The position numbers were made by a program, and so were the translations under genes. 64,000 nucleotides of DNA. Origin: Victivallales bacterium. Its GTDB lineage: Bacteria > Verrucomicrobiota > Lentisphaeria > Victivallales > GWF2-38-69. The notes beneath the pieces were generated by a model that worked only from the letters and a program-made list of their open reading frames with translations, was not told the DNA's origin and searched no databases. The stretch spans positions 483,894-547,893 of the forward strand of contig OZ245791.1 of the NCBI GenBank assembly GCA_965228125.1. The letters are read 5' to 3'. Shown here in pieces: positions 49,806 to 59,717 of the stretch (positions within the stretch are counted from its first letter, which is position 1; each line of letters begins with the position of its first letter).

Positions 49806-51263
49806 ATGAAAAAAGACGCTGATCAACACCTAACAAAGCATACTGACGGACATGTGATAACCGCTCCCACTCCTTCCTATGTTATAAATCATACGGAACT
49901 TACACCAAGAATCTGGGGTCTTTGGCTCATCACAGGAGCTGGCTTTGCTCTCGATGGATTTGACCTTTTTGTTATAGGCATAGCTTTCCCGCTTCTTATA
50001 AAATATTTCTCTGAACTACTGAATAACCCTATGCTTTTGGGTTTACTTGGAGCCGCCGCGCCGATTGGAGCAATACTGGGAGCATCGGTGTTTGGAAGGC
50101 TTACTGATACACTTGGAAGAAAATTTATATCCGTGCTAAATATGGTGTTCTTTATTATTTTTGCTTCTCTTTCTGCATTTGCATGGTCTGTATGGTCGCT
50201 TATAGCATTTCGCTTTATGGCAGGCATCGGAATGGGCGGAGAATATCCTGTTAATTCTGCTTACACTGCAGAAATTATTCCCAAAAAACACCGAAAAAAA
50301 ATGCAGATAGGAAATTTCTCGTTTCAGGCGATAGGAGCAGTGAGCGGCGCTCTGGTGGGATTAGTTATACTAGAACTGCTTCCTTATAATTGGGTATGGA
50401 GGCTTATGATAGGATTTCAGGCTATTTTTGCCTTAGTTTTGTTTTTCTTTAGGCTAAAAATGCCAGAAAGCTCTAAATGGCTTGCTACTCAAGGACTTAA
50501 AAAACAAACAGATGCCTCTCTTTCTAACATAACAGGAGATGTAGTCAAAGTTAAGGAAAGCCACAAAAAACAAACCAGCTTTACAGATATCTTTAATAAG
50601 GATTACATAAAGCTAACCATCCTTTCGAGTATCCCATGGTTCCTTATGGATATAGCATTCTATGGAATAGGGATATTCACACCTATAATCATCACACGTT
50701 TATTCAAGCATATACCCATGGGTCTCATAGAGAGAGATATCTTCTCTATCAAAGGCACACTTCTTGTCGAAAGCTTCCTTCTCGTAGGAATATTACTTTC
50801 ATTGCTGCTTATAAAGAGATTTGGAATGATCAAACTACAGGTGAGAGGTTTCTGGGGAATGGGAATCGGGATGCTTATTCTGATGTTTACTCAATTCACT
50901 TCAGACCCATTTCTTTTTAATCTGCTAACATTTTCAGGATTTATTTTATTCTATCTCTGCCTGAACGCAGGGCCTAATCCTATGACTTTCCTTATTCCGG
51001 CAAGAATTTTCCCGACTAAACTGAGGGCCACTGGACACGGATTTTCCGCAGCTTTTGCCAAGGCTGGCGCCACAGTAGGGATTATACTCTTTCCATGGCT
51101 GCAATATAGTTTTGGCTTAACCAAAACTATTGTTTTTATGTCCCTTATGTGCTTCACAGGTGCCCTTATAACCCATGTTTTTGTCAGATTAATCATAAAT
51201 GATAAAAAGAGCAAGAAAATTTCAAGAGCTCTTCACAATGTCATTTATGATAATTACAGATAA
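49806..51263 (+). CDS. MFS transporter, phosphate:H+ symporter (Pho84/PHS)-like, copy 1
   Basis: GRLTDTLGRK, GGEYP, WFLMDIAFYG, GPNPMTFLIPA.IFPT.LRATGHGFSAA.AK.G; start 49797 (TTG) or 49806 (ATG). Confidence 0.8.
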   Translation: MKKDADQHLTKHTDGHVITAPTPSYVINHTELTPRIWGLWLITGAGFALDGFDLFVIGIAFPLLIKYFSELLNNPMLLGLLGAAAPIGAILGASVFGRLTDTLGRKFISVLNMVFFIIFASLSAFAWSVWSLIAFRFMAGIGMGGEYPVNSAYTAEIIPKKHRKKMQIGNFSFQAIGAVSGALVGLVILELLPYNWVWRLMIGFQAIFALVLFFFRLKMPESSKWLATQGLKKQTDASLSNITGDVVKVKESHKKQTSFTDIFNKDYIKLTILSSIPWFLMDIAFYGIGIFTPIIITRLFKHIPMGLIERDIFSIKGTLLVESFLLVGILLSLLLIKRFGMIKLQVRGFWGMGIGMLILMFTQFTSDPFLFNLLTFSGFILFYLCLNAGPNPMTFLIPARIFPTKLRATGHGFSAAFAKAGATVGIILFPWLQYSFGLTKTIVFMSLMCFTGALITHVFVRLIINDKKSKKISRALHNVIYDNYR

Positions 51264-51399
51264 TTCGAGTCATGTCCCCTGATATTAATATGCTAACAAT
51301 AAACTAACATAGCCAAGAATAAAAAAATTGCTCATAAAAAATATTCGGCTAGAATATTGTCTGACTGATGCACAATAAAAATTTTCAACGAGACATCCT

Positions 51400-52875
51400 A
51401 TGGCTAGTGAAAAAAAAGAATCTTCAAGCTTGCGTTCCCATGGTCATGCTAAAAATGCAACAACGGCTTCTCGCGCAATTAACCATTCCTCTCTTACACC
51501 AAAAATATGGGGGCTCTGGCTGATAACCGGCGCAGGATTTGCACTTGATGGTTTTGATTTGTTTATAATAGGTATAGCATTGCCGCTTCTCATGAAGCAA
51601 TACACCATACTTGCAAATAATCCATTTTTAGTTGGCTTGCTGGCTGCCGCTGCCCCGATCGGAGCAATAATAGGCGCTGCAGTATTTGGAAGGCTTACCG
51701 ACACGCTTGGAAGAAAATTTATCTTGATACTCAATATGATTCTCTTCATAGTATTTTCCATTCTATGTGCTGGAGCATGGGACGTCTGGTCGCTAATATT
51801 TTTCAGGTTTATAGCCGGAATAGGAATAGGCGGCGAATACCCTGTCAACTCAGCCTACATAGCTGAAATAATTCCTAAACAACACAGAAAGCAAATGCAG
51901 GTCGGGAACTTCTCCTTCCAGGCAATAGGAGCTATTCTGGGCGCACTAACAGGTGTGATTATACTGCAGCTAATCCCACAAATCTGGACATGGAGGCTCA
52001 TGCTCGGCTTGCCTGCAATAATCTCATTCATCTTATTCTTTTTCAGGTTGAATATGCCAGAAAGCTCAAAGTGGCTTGCTACTCAAGGAAATAAAAAAGA
52101 GACAGCCAAATCTCTATCAGTCATTACGGGAAACAAGGTAAAACTTGTTGACAACAAAAAGAAAGTTGAAACTAAATTTTCGGATATTTTCAAGAAAGAC
52201 TATATAAAACTTACGGTCCTTTCCAGTATCCCTTGGTTTTTAATGGATGTGGCTTTTTATGGAATAGGTATATTTACGCCAATAATATTGTCTTCTCTAT
52301 TTAAAGACGCTCCGACGGATTTTATCCAAAAAGATCTTCAGTCCATCAAGGGGGCACTTTTTGTAGATAGTTTTCTCATTATTGGAATTATAATAGCCAT
52401 TATCCTCGTTAAAACCAGAGGAATGATCAGCTTGCAAATAAAAGGCTTTTGGGGAATGGGAATAGGCATGCTTATTCTGATGACTACAACTTACATAAGC
52501 AATATGTCATTTTACTACTTTACGATATTCGCCGGCTTCACGATATTCTATTTAAGCCTTAATGCAGGGCCAAATCCTATGACTTTCCTAATCCCCGCAA
52601 AAGTCTACCCCACAGAACTTAGGGCTACCGGACATGGTTTTTCCGCAGCTTTCGCTAAAGCAGGTGCTACGGTTGGCATAGTAATTCTTCCATGGATGCA
52701 GGCTAAAATGGGCGTAACAAATCTTGTATTCTTTATGGCTATAATATGCATATTGGGAGCACTAATAACCCAGCTCTTTGCCCATTTGATCATTATTGAC
52801 AAAGAGCTAAAGAAATATCAGAACATTTTGGAAGGTGTATTCACAAAGAAACAGATGCTCAACAAGAAATTGTAG
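51400..52875 (+). CDS. MFS transporter, PHS/Pho84-like, copy 2 (tandem paralogue)
   Basis: Same motifs, colinear with copy 1. Confidence 0.8.
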   Translation: MASEKKESSSLRSHGHAKNATTASRAINHSSLTPKIWGLWLITGAGFALDGFDLFIIGIALPLLMKQYTILANNPFLVGLLAAAAPIGAIIGAAVFGRLTDTLGRKFILILNMILFIVFSILCAGAWDVWSLIFFRFIAGIGIGGEYPVNSAYIAEIIPKQHRKQMQVGNFSFQAIGAILGALTGVIILQLIPQIWTWRLMLGLPAIISFILFFFRLNMPESSKWLATQGNKKETAKSLSVITGNKVKLVDNKKKVETKFSDIFKKDYIKLTVLSSIPWFLMDVAFYGIGIFTPIILSSLFKDAPTDFIQKDLQSIKGALFVDSFLIIGIIIAIILVKTRGMISLQIKGFWGMGIGMLILMTTTYISNMSFYYFTIFAGFTIFYLSLNAGPNPMTFLIPAKVYPTELRATGHGFSAAFAKAGATVGIVILPWMQAKMGVTNLVFFMAIICILGALITQLFAHLIIIDKELKKYQNILEGVFTKKQMLNKKL

Positions 52876-53794
52876 CTCCACTGCTTTTCTCTGAAAAATA
52901 TTTTATAGTAGCTTCAAGCCCTGAATCAAAATCGCTTATCATTCTGTATCCTGATTCAAGCAGTTTGCCTATATTGCCCAGAGAGTGCTTAATGTCTCCA
53001 GCACGTTCCGGCAAATATTGGATTTCAGATTTTGACTGTGTAGTTTTTACTATTTTTTCGGCAAGTTCCTTTATGGTAGTCTGTCTTCCATAGCCGGCAT
53101 TAAATACTCCTCTTATGCCGTTCTTAGCTAGATATATATTAGCTTTGGCCACGTCCTTCACATAAATAAAATCACGTGTCTGCTCTCCATCTCCATAAAT
53201 ATCGATTGTCTCATTCTTCACAGCGTTGGAAACAAAAATAGGTATAGCAGCAGCATATGCGCTTTCCGGCGACTGCCTAGGGCCAAAAACATTGAAGTAT
53301 CTGAGACAGGCAGTATTGAGTTTTCCTGTGTTCCTAAAAATCGAACAGTAGTATTCTCCGTCAAGTTTACTAACAGCATAAGGGCTTTTAGGTTCAGGCG
53401 CCAGAGTTTCGACTTTGGGAGATACTGGGTTATCACCATAAACAGCACATGAACTGCTGAAACAAAGCATTTTAACCCCTGCCCTAGCCGCCTCTTCCAA
53501 TACGATCAGCATTCCACGGTTATTAATATCAACGCACTCAATAGGATTATCCATAGATTCAGGTACACTAATAAGCGCGGCAAGATGGAAAACATAATCA
53601 ACTCCTCTCATACATTTTCTGACAACATCCCTATCTCTTATATCTCCAATAACAACTTCTGATTTAAATCCTTCAAGATTTTGCAAATTGCCTGACCTGA
53701 GATTATCCAACACAATAATGTCAGCTTCGTTCTGAAGAGTTTCTACTATATGGCTTCCAATAAAACCCGCCCCGCCTGTAACCAGTACTTTCAT
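52859..53794 (-). CDS. NAD-dependent UDP-sugar 4-epimerase (GalE/WbpP-like extended SDR)
   Basis: TGGAGFIGSH, HLAA, SSCAVYG, YAVSK, LRYFNVFGPRQ, GDGEQTRDF. Confidence 0.9.
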   Translation of the reverse strand: MKVLVTGGAGFIGSHIVETLQNEADIIVLDNLRSGNLQNLEGFKSEVVIGDIRDRDVVRKCMRGVDYVFHLAALISVPESMDNPIECVDINNRGMLIVLEEAARAGVKMLCFSSSCAVYGDNPVSPKVETLAPEPKSPYAVSKLDGEYYCSIFRNTGKLNTACLRYFNVFGPRQSPESAYAAAIPIFVSNAVKNETIDIYGDGEQTRDFIYVKDVAKANIYLAKNGIRGVFNAGYGRQTTIKELAEKIVKTTQSKSEIQYLPERAGDIKHSLGNIGKLLESGYRMISDFDSGLEATIKYFSEKSSGATISC

Positions 53795-53803
53795 ATTCTA
53801 TCC

Positions 53804-54898
53804 TTAAAATTTATCAATAAATTTACACATTTTATCCCATTGATGCTCTATTGAAGCAATTAACGCAAGCTGAGTCCTGGCCCTGTCTAAGTTATGTTTT
53901 GGCCTGTGTATTTTGTAATAAGTATCTCCATTTAGGTAATCAGAAAGAAATCTTATACTCTGCTCTAATGTAATAACATATCCGCCGTAAGGTAAACTCT
54001 CAATTTCTCCGTTTGTAAGAAATCCTCTTGCAGATGACAAAAAACCTTCGGCTATAGCCTCAAATGTATTAAAATCCATTTTAACTTTGGAACAGTCAAC
54101 TTCATCTTCGGCTACAGAAGTCGTCATAGTTCTTACCATATCTCCGAAATCATAAGCAGAAAAACCTGGCATAACCAGATCAAGATCCAGAACACATACC
54201 GGCTCATCAGTCTGAATATCAAAAAGAATATTATTAAGCTTTGTGTCATTATGGACAATTCTTTCAGGTATTATACCTTTTTTATTCATCTCGATTAGAG
54301 AAGCACTCTTTGAACTTCTTTCAAAAATGAAATCTATTTCCCTCTCCACTTCTTTACATCTTGAAGCTGTATCCAGTTTTACAGCCTTTTCAAGCGCCTC
54401 CAATCTCTTGGGCGTATTGTGAAAATCAGGAATTGTTTCCGCCAGTGACGCACTCTTCAATCCAAACAAGGATTTCTGAAATTCACCAAATGCCCTTGCC
54501 GTATCATAGGCGGCCTTGGCATCTCTGACTATGTCATAACTTACTGCGCTTTCGATACAGAAAAAAACACGCCAGTATTGTCCTTTTGTATCAACAAAAT
54601 AATACTTCCCTTCAAATGTCTGAATCGGAGTGAGGCACCGTCTTGTAACATCCCTGAACTTCTTATAATATTCTTTCTGATAATTTGTTATCTCTACAAT
54701 ATTATCTGTAAGCTTACATGGATTCTTGAAGATACTGGTATTTATCTTCTGTAATGCATAGGGAACTATTGTTCCTCCCTGATTTAGAAGAACTTTAAAA
54801 GTAGTGTTGATATGCCCGTTACCAAGCCCGTCAGACTTGACATAGTCGCCGTAAACCCGAAAATGAGACATGATCTCTTTTATATCTCTGTCATACAT
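53804..54898 (-). CDS. APH/choline-kinase-fold phosphotransferase, N-acetylhexosamine 1-kinase (NahK)-like
   Basis: GNGHIN.T, LQKINT.IF, ETIPDFHNT, HNDTKLNN, DLD.VMPG, YDFGD..R, RFL.DYL.GD.YYK. Confidence 0.8.
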   Translation of the reverse strand: MYDRDIKEIMSHFRVYGDYVKSDGLGNGHINTTFKVLLNQGGTIVPYALQKINTSIFKNPCKLTDNIVEITNYQKEYYKKFRDVTRRCLTPIQTFEGKYYFVDTKGQYWRVFFCIESAVSYDIVRDAKAAYDTARAFGEFQKSLFGLKSASLAETIPDFHNTPKRLEALEKAVKLDTASRCKEVEREIDFIFERSSKSASLIEMNKKGIIPERIVHNDTKLNNILFDIQTDEPVCVLDLDLVMPGFSAYDFGDMVRTMTTSVAEDEVDCSKVKMDFNTFEAIAEGFLSSARGFLTNGEIESLPYGGYVITLEQSIRFLSDYLNGDTYYKIHRPKHNLDRARTQLALIASIEHQWDKMCKFIDKF

Positions 54899-55036
54899 AA
54901 GGCTCGCACTCCCTGTTTAACCTTGCCACCGGTTGATTAAGAGTGAAATCCAATGGGGGCTTTAGGCATTGCTTTATTTGATAGTAATTATGGCTCAAAA
55001 TTGTCTAAAAAGCAAAGCCACTTATTTAAAGAATTT

Positions 55037-56359
55037 TTAGTGAGTTAAGCCGAGAAGTATAGATTCTGATTCTGGAATAAATACTCCTTTACTTTCATCT
55101 CTTCCCTGTAGAATTATTTTCCGATTATCGGATTCTTCTGATCTTAGAGCTTTATTTCTGAATTCGCCTATTTTGCCTGTTTGTTTTCTATCAATCAGCA
55201 ACACGAGCTTTGTGTCTTTAAAATCACTCATCATAGCATAGTCGCCACTACTATCTCCGCCGACAATTAAAGGTCCGTATCCATATTTCTTTACAAGAAA
55301 CCTTTTTATATTTTCAGTTTTACCTTCGCTCTGTGTCTGAGTATAACATTCTCTATATGAATCTGTTATAGTTCCAAAACTATCTCTTTCAAGTTCCATT
55401 GCAATAACATTTTCAGTAGGAATATTATATCCATATTTTTTATTTGAAGCAAAAAGTTGAACAACATCAACAAATGATGCCGAGCAAATATATACATCAA
55501 ACCCGTTCTTCATGAGCGTAGAGTAAAGATCCTGCATTTCTCTGATAGTTCTAAGACCAGTTCTGTATGAAACTGTTACCACGCCTGTTTTTCCTCTAAG
55601 TTCAACAGGGCTGGAGTCACTAACAATTGTCAACGGTTGCTTAAGGCCGTAATCTATAGACCTCTCAGCCATAGACTGTACTTCTTCTTTACTCATCCCT
55701 CTAAAGAGATAGAGCACCCAAGGATAACTGATATCGTGGCTGAAAGAGCCGCTGATTGCATCATAAAGATACATCATCTTTATATTAAAATCTTTATATT
55801 GAGGAGTCCCTTTAATTTCATTAAGCGACATATTGCCTTTTAAGCCGCTATAGTTGGAGTAAAGATATTCGTAATCTTTTATGAGGTCTGATGAAACCAA
55901 GGCTATATTAACCTGGCTGCCGTCACGGCTATTAAATTCTTTATTGAAGGGCGTTTGAGGGATATCCTTTGTAATAACTTCATAGAATTTTTTGGGACTC
56001 ATTTTAAAAATGAGATTCTGGAGCTGATATCTTAAAAGGTTTTCTTCGACGTCATTTATTATCGATGTATTATCCCAGTCAAACACAGCATACGGTTTCT
56101 TGTCGGGGTTATATTTTGGATTATGGTCACCGTATTCAGAAATAATGCTGACTATTGAGTTATATGCATTTATATTCCAATTATTTTTCTGCAATTCAAA
56201 ATTCTTGGCCGTTGATTTGTTGCTTAAAGTTCTAACAGAATCTCCTACCAATTCAGTACTTTGATTTGTAGTGGCACATCCCAAAAACAGCAAAGAGGTA
56301 AACGCAATTCCAAAAGAGATTGCTGTCTTTATAGTATTTTTTCTATTGCATAGAATCAT
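55037..56359 (-). CDS. HAD-superfamily phosphatase lipoprotein (phosphorylcholine phosphatase PchP-like)
   Basis: Lipobox FLGC; motif I AVFDWDNT, motif II VYICSAS, motifs III/IV GK...GGDSSGD; 22 nt downstream of eutH. Confidence 0.78.
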   Translation of the reverse strand: MILCNRKNTIKTAISFGIAFTSLLFLGCATTNQSTELVGDSVRTLSNKSTAKNFELQKNNWNINAYNSIVSIISEYGDHNPKYNPDKKPYAVFDWDNTSIINDVEENLLRYQLQNLIFKMSPKKFYEVITKDIPQTPFNKEFNSRDGSQVNIALVSSDLIKDYEYLYSNYSGLKGNMSLNEIKGTPQYKDFNIKMMYLYDAISGSFSHDISYPWVLYLFRGMSKEEVQSMAERSIDYGLKQPLTIVSDSSPVELRGKTGVVTVSYRTGLRTIREMQDLYSTLMKNGFDVYICSASFVDVVQLFASNKKYGYNIPTENVIAMELERDSFGTITDSYRECYTQTQSEGKTENIKRFLVKKYGYGPLIVGGDSSGDYAMMSDFKDTKLVLLIDRKQTGKIGEFRNKALRSEESDNRKIILQGRDESKGVFIPESESILLGLTH

Positions 56360-56381
56360 ATTTGAGTACCTTATTAAAGGA

Positions 56382-57476
56382 TTATGCTTCTGCTCTGACT
56401 TTTTTCTTCCTGCAAAAAATAAATTTTGCTACTAACACAGCAGTAATGCCAGCAGTGAATTTACCAACAATCATCGGGAATATCATATCTTTGTTCACCC
56501 CTGCAGTAAATCCAAGATGATCACCAAAAACAAAAGCCGCACTCACAGCAAAAGCTATATTCATTACTTTCCCGTTTTCATCCATTTTTTTGACTAATCC
56601 CAGCATAGGTATCGCATTTGCCAGAGTAGCTATCATTCCTGCCGCTGCCACATCGTTCATTTTTAGAATGCCGCCCATTTTCATAAGTGGCTTTTCAAAG
56701 GTTCTCGTAATAAAATGAACAAGTGGAAACGCTCCTGCTAAAGTAATGGAAATTAGTCCGATTATCTGAATACCGTCCGATATCGGCGCCATTCCCGGAA
56801 TTACCACTACACCTGTAAGGGTCTCGATTACTATTGCAGCCAATGCTAGCGTAATGATTATAACAACAGCCTTGCCAAATATTGTAAACCCATCAATCAT
56901 TTTGTTTGGGGCCTTCCATAAACCTATAATAATAAGCACAGAGAAAATCACTATAGGAATCAGATTCATTAATATCATTTTCAGGCCAAAACCTGCAACA
57001 AGCCCCCCAACAAAAGTACCTAAAGGAATCGTCACAACTCCTGCCAGAATGCCCTTTGCCAAAAACGGCCTGTCTTCTTTGTCCAGAATCCCCAGAGCAA
57101 CCGGAATTGTAAAGACTATTGTAGGCCCGAGCATTGACCCTAAAATCAGCCCGGCAAACAATCCAACGTCGGGACTTCCGGCAAGTTGCATAGCCAGAGG
57201 ATACCCCCCCATGTCATTAGCTAACAAAGTAGTGGCAAACATAGCCGGATCCGCACCAAGAAACTGATAAACAGGCCCTACGACAGGCCTTAAAATTTTC
57301 GCAAGGACAGGAGCCAAAGAGACAACTCCAACCATAGCCATGGCGAGAGCTCCCATAGCCATAAAGCCCTCTTCAAATTTAGCGCCATAACCATATTTGT
57401 TTCCTAAACATTTATCTATGGCTCCGACAAACATAAAGAAGACCATGATAAATAAAATAATCTTATTAATATCCAT
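56382..57476 (-). CDS. eutH: Ethanolamine transporter EutH
   Basis: FEEGFMAMG, GADPAMFA.TLLANDMGGY, GPTIVFTIPV, VSAAFVFGDHLGF. Confidence 0.95.
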   Translation of the reverse strand: MDINKIILFIMVFFMFVGAIDKCLGNKYGYGAKFEEGFMAMGALAMAMVGVVSLAPVLAKILRPVVGPVYQFLGADPAMFATTLLANDMGGYPLAMQLAGSPDVGLFAGLILGSMLGPTIVFTIPVALGILDKEDRPFLAKGILAGVVTIPLGTFVGGLVAGFGLKMILMNLIPIVIFSVLIIIGLWKAPNKMIDGFTIFGKAVVIIITLALAAIVIETLTGVVVIPGMAPISDGIQIIGLISITLAGAFPLVHFITRTFEKPLMKMGGILKMNDVAAAGMIATLANAIPMLGLVKKMDENGKVMNIAFAVSAAFVFGDHLGFTAGVNKDMIFPMIVGKFTAGITAVLVAKFIFCRKKKVRAEA

Positions 57477-57497
57477 TTTTCTCCCACTAAAAAATAT

Positions 57498-58295
57498 TTA
57501 TAATTTTAAGTCAACACCGCTGGTCTTTTTCTGAAGCATTATATTCATCACATCTGCTATGTAAGCTCCTGCTTCAGCGGGACGCAAACCCTGTTTGTGA
57601 ATATTCGAAACTACCGTCATTCTGGCCTCAGGCATTCCTTTGAATGCTTTATAAACGATGTAGGCACTCATACTTTCAGCTGTTATAAGCCCTGGCCTTT
57701 CCCCTATCAGATTACAAACCACTTCTGCCCCGATTGTTTCTGAGACATCATCTACAGTCCTTACTCTTCCGTATTTAACAAAAAACGGCGTTCCAACAGA
57801 TATTTTATGTATTTTTAACCCTTGAATAATAGCAGGAAGAATGTTCTCCAGGTTAGATTCAATAGCCACTGAACTCAACCCGTCAGAAACATATATTTGA
57901 ACTTGCGGGTTCATGACGCATTTTTCTTTTATCGCTGCTATAGATTCAGGAGATAGTTCTTTTCCAAGGTCAGGCCTTGTAATGTATTCATCTTTGGTTT
58001 TACACTTACTTTGAACCGTAAATAGATTCATCTGGCTTATGAACTTTTCATCAACATTTGTAAATACCGCATCCTGAGCAGCTGCGTGGTCTGCTCTGAA
58101 CCTGAGTAAAGTTTCAGTTTTGTACCTTGGGCCGCAGCGCCACACACCTATTCTTGCAGGTGTGTGTTCTTTTAATTCCAAATAAGCGTCTCTGTTTACC
58201 GAGTTAGGCACCAGTAGCTGTTTTCTGATATCGATTTTAGTTAGATCTGCTATTTCATCGCAGCAGCAACTGTTTTTACATTTTATGTCTTCCAT
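57498..58295 (-). CDS. eutC: Ethanolamine ammonia-lyase small subunit
   Basis: [44 protein letters not shown]. Confidence 0.95.
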   Translation of the reverse strand: MEDIKCKNSCCCDEIADLTKIDIRKQLLVPNSVNRDAYLELKEHTPARIGVWRCGPRYKTETLLRFRADHAAAQDAVFTNVDEKFISQMNLFTVQSKCKTKDEYITRPDLGKELSPESIAAIKEKCVMNPQVQIYVSDGLSSVAIESNLENILPAIIQGLKIHKISVGTPFFVKYGRVRTVDDVSETIGAEVVCNLIGERPGLITAESMSAYIVYKAFKGMPEARMTVVSNIHKQGLRPAEAGAYIADVMNIMLQKKTSGVDLKL

Positions 58296-58315
58296 GATTT
58301 CTCCTCTATTTAGTT

Positions 58316-59680
58316 TTAGCTTACAAAAATTGAGGCGTCTCCAGCTTTCTTTGTCAATCGGCCATTTTCTAATATCCCCATTCTTTCGAGCCAGAGTTCG
58401 AATTCTTTAATGGGTCTCATTTTCAACAATTGCCTTAAAGTAGCCGTTTCATGATATCCAGTGCACTGATAATTAAGCATTACGTCGTCCCCATGCGGAA
58501 TACCCATAAAGTAGTTGCATCCGGCCGCAGACAGCAGCACGGCCAAATTCTCGATATCATTCTGGTCTGCCTTCATATGATTTGTATAGCACGAATCGCA
58601 CCCCATTGGAATTCCAGTAAGTTTGCCCATAAAATGATCTTCCAGCCCAGCTCTTATAACCTGTTTGCTATCATACAGATATTCTGGTCCTATAAATCCA
58701 ACTACAGTATTTACCAGGAACGGATTATATTTTTTGGCAAAGCCATAGCATCTGGCTTCTAAAGTCACCTGATCCGCATCAAAATGACTTTCCGAAGAGA
58801 GTTCAGATCCCTGACCTGTTTCAAAATACATTACATTCGGCCCCGAAGCAGTGCCTTTTTCAAGCGCTAAAGAATAAGCCTCCTGAATCAAATCGCCGCT
58901 TATGCCAAACCCGCTATTGCCTTTCTCTGACCCGGCAATACTTTGAAAGACCAGATCGAGAGGAACTCCTTTTTTCATGCATTCGATCTGAGTGGAGACA
59001 TGCGCTAAAACGCAAATCTGTGTCGGAATGCTCCATTTACTTTTAAATCCATCAAAAAGCCTTAGGACTTTGCTTACGCTTTCAACCGTATCATTAACAG
59101 GATTAAGGCCTATAACTGCATCCCCAACGCCATAGCTTAGCCCTTCCATCAATGAAGCCGTTATTCCTTTAATATCATCTGTCGGATGATTTGGCTGAAG
59201 CCGGGAAGCAAGTATGCCGGATTCCCCTATTACGGTATTGCAATGCGCAGTTATTCTTATCTTTGAAGCCGCATATATCAGATCAAGATTAGTCATAAGC
59301 TTGGTAACTGCTGCTATCATTTCAGCAGTAAGGCCTTTACTGATCCTTTTTATGGAAGTTCCATCAGAATCATCACTTAAAATCCATTCCCTCAAATCCG
59401 ATACAGTCCAATTCTTAATTTCTGAATATATTTCAGCATCGACCATTGATTCAATGATTCTTGTGACTTCATCCTTATCATAAGGCACTACAGGGTTGTT
59501 GCGCAAATTCTGCATTGTAAGACTGCTCAGCACTATTTTAGCAGCAACTCTTTCTTCGGAATTAAGCGCTGCTATTCCTGCGAGCTTATCGCCTGACTTT
59601 TCTTCATTAGCTTTGGCCAAAACTTCCTTTACAGTTTTAAAGCTGTATGACCTTCCAAATAACTTGGTTTTGAGTATCAA
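58316..59680 (-). CDS. eutB: Ethanolamine ammonia-lyase large subunit (AdoCbl-dependent)
   Basis: [52 protein letters not shown]; TTG start. Confidence 0.97.
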   Translation of the reverse strand: MILKTKLFGRSYSFKTVKEVLAKANEEKSGDKLAGIAALNSEERVAAKIVLSSLTMQNLRNNPVVPYDKDEVTRIIESMVDAEIYSEIKNWTVSDLREWILSDDSDGTSIKRISKGLTAEMIAAVTKLMTNLDLIYAASKIRITAHCNTVIGESGILASRLQPNHPTDDIKGITASLMEGLSYGVGDAVIGLNPVNDTVESVSKVLRLFDGFKSKWSIPTQICVLAHVSTQIECMKKGVPLDLVFQSIAGSEKGNSGFGISGDLIQEAYSLALEKGTASGPNVMYFETGQGSELSSESHFDADQVTLEARCYGFAKKYNPFLVNTVVGFIGPEYLYDSKQVIRAGLEDHFMGKLTGIPMGCDSCYTNHMKADQNDIENLAVLLSAAGCNYFMGIPHGDDVMLNYQCTGYHETATLRQLLKMRPIKEFELWLERMGILENGRLTKKAGDASIFVS

Positions 59681-59717
59681 ATTCTTACCCTCCCCTTTTC
59701 TGTTGATTGACTATATG

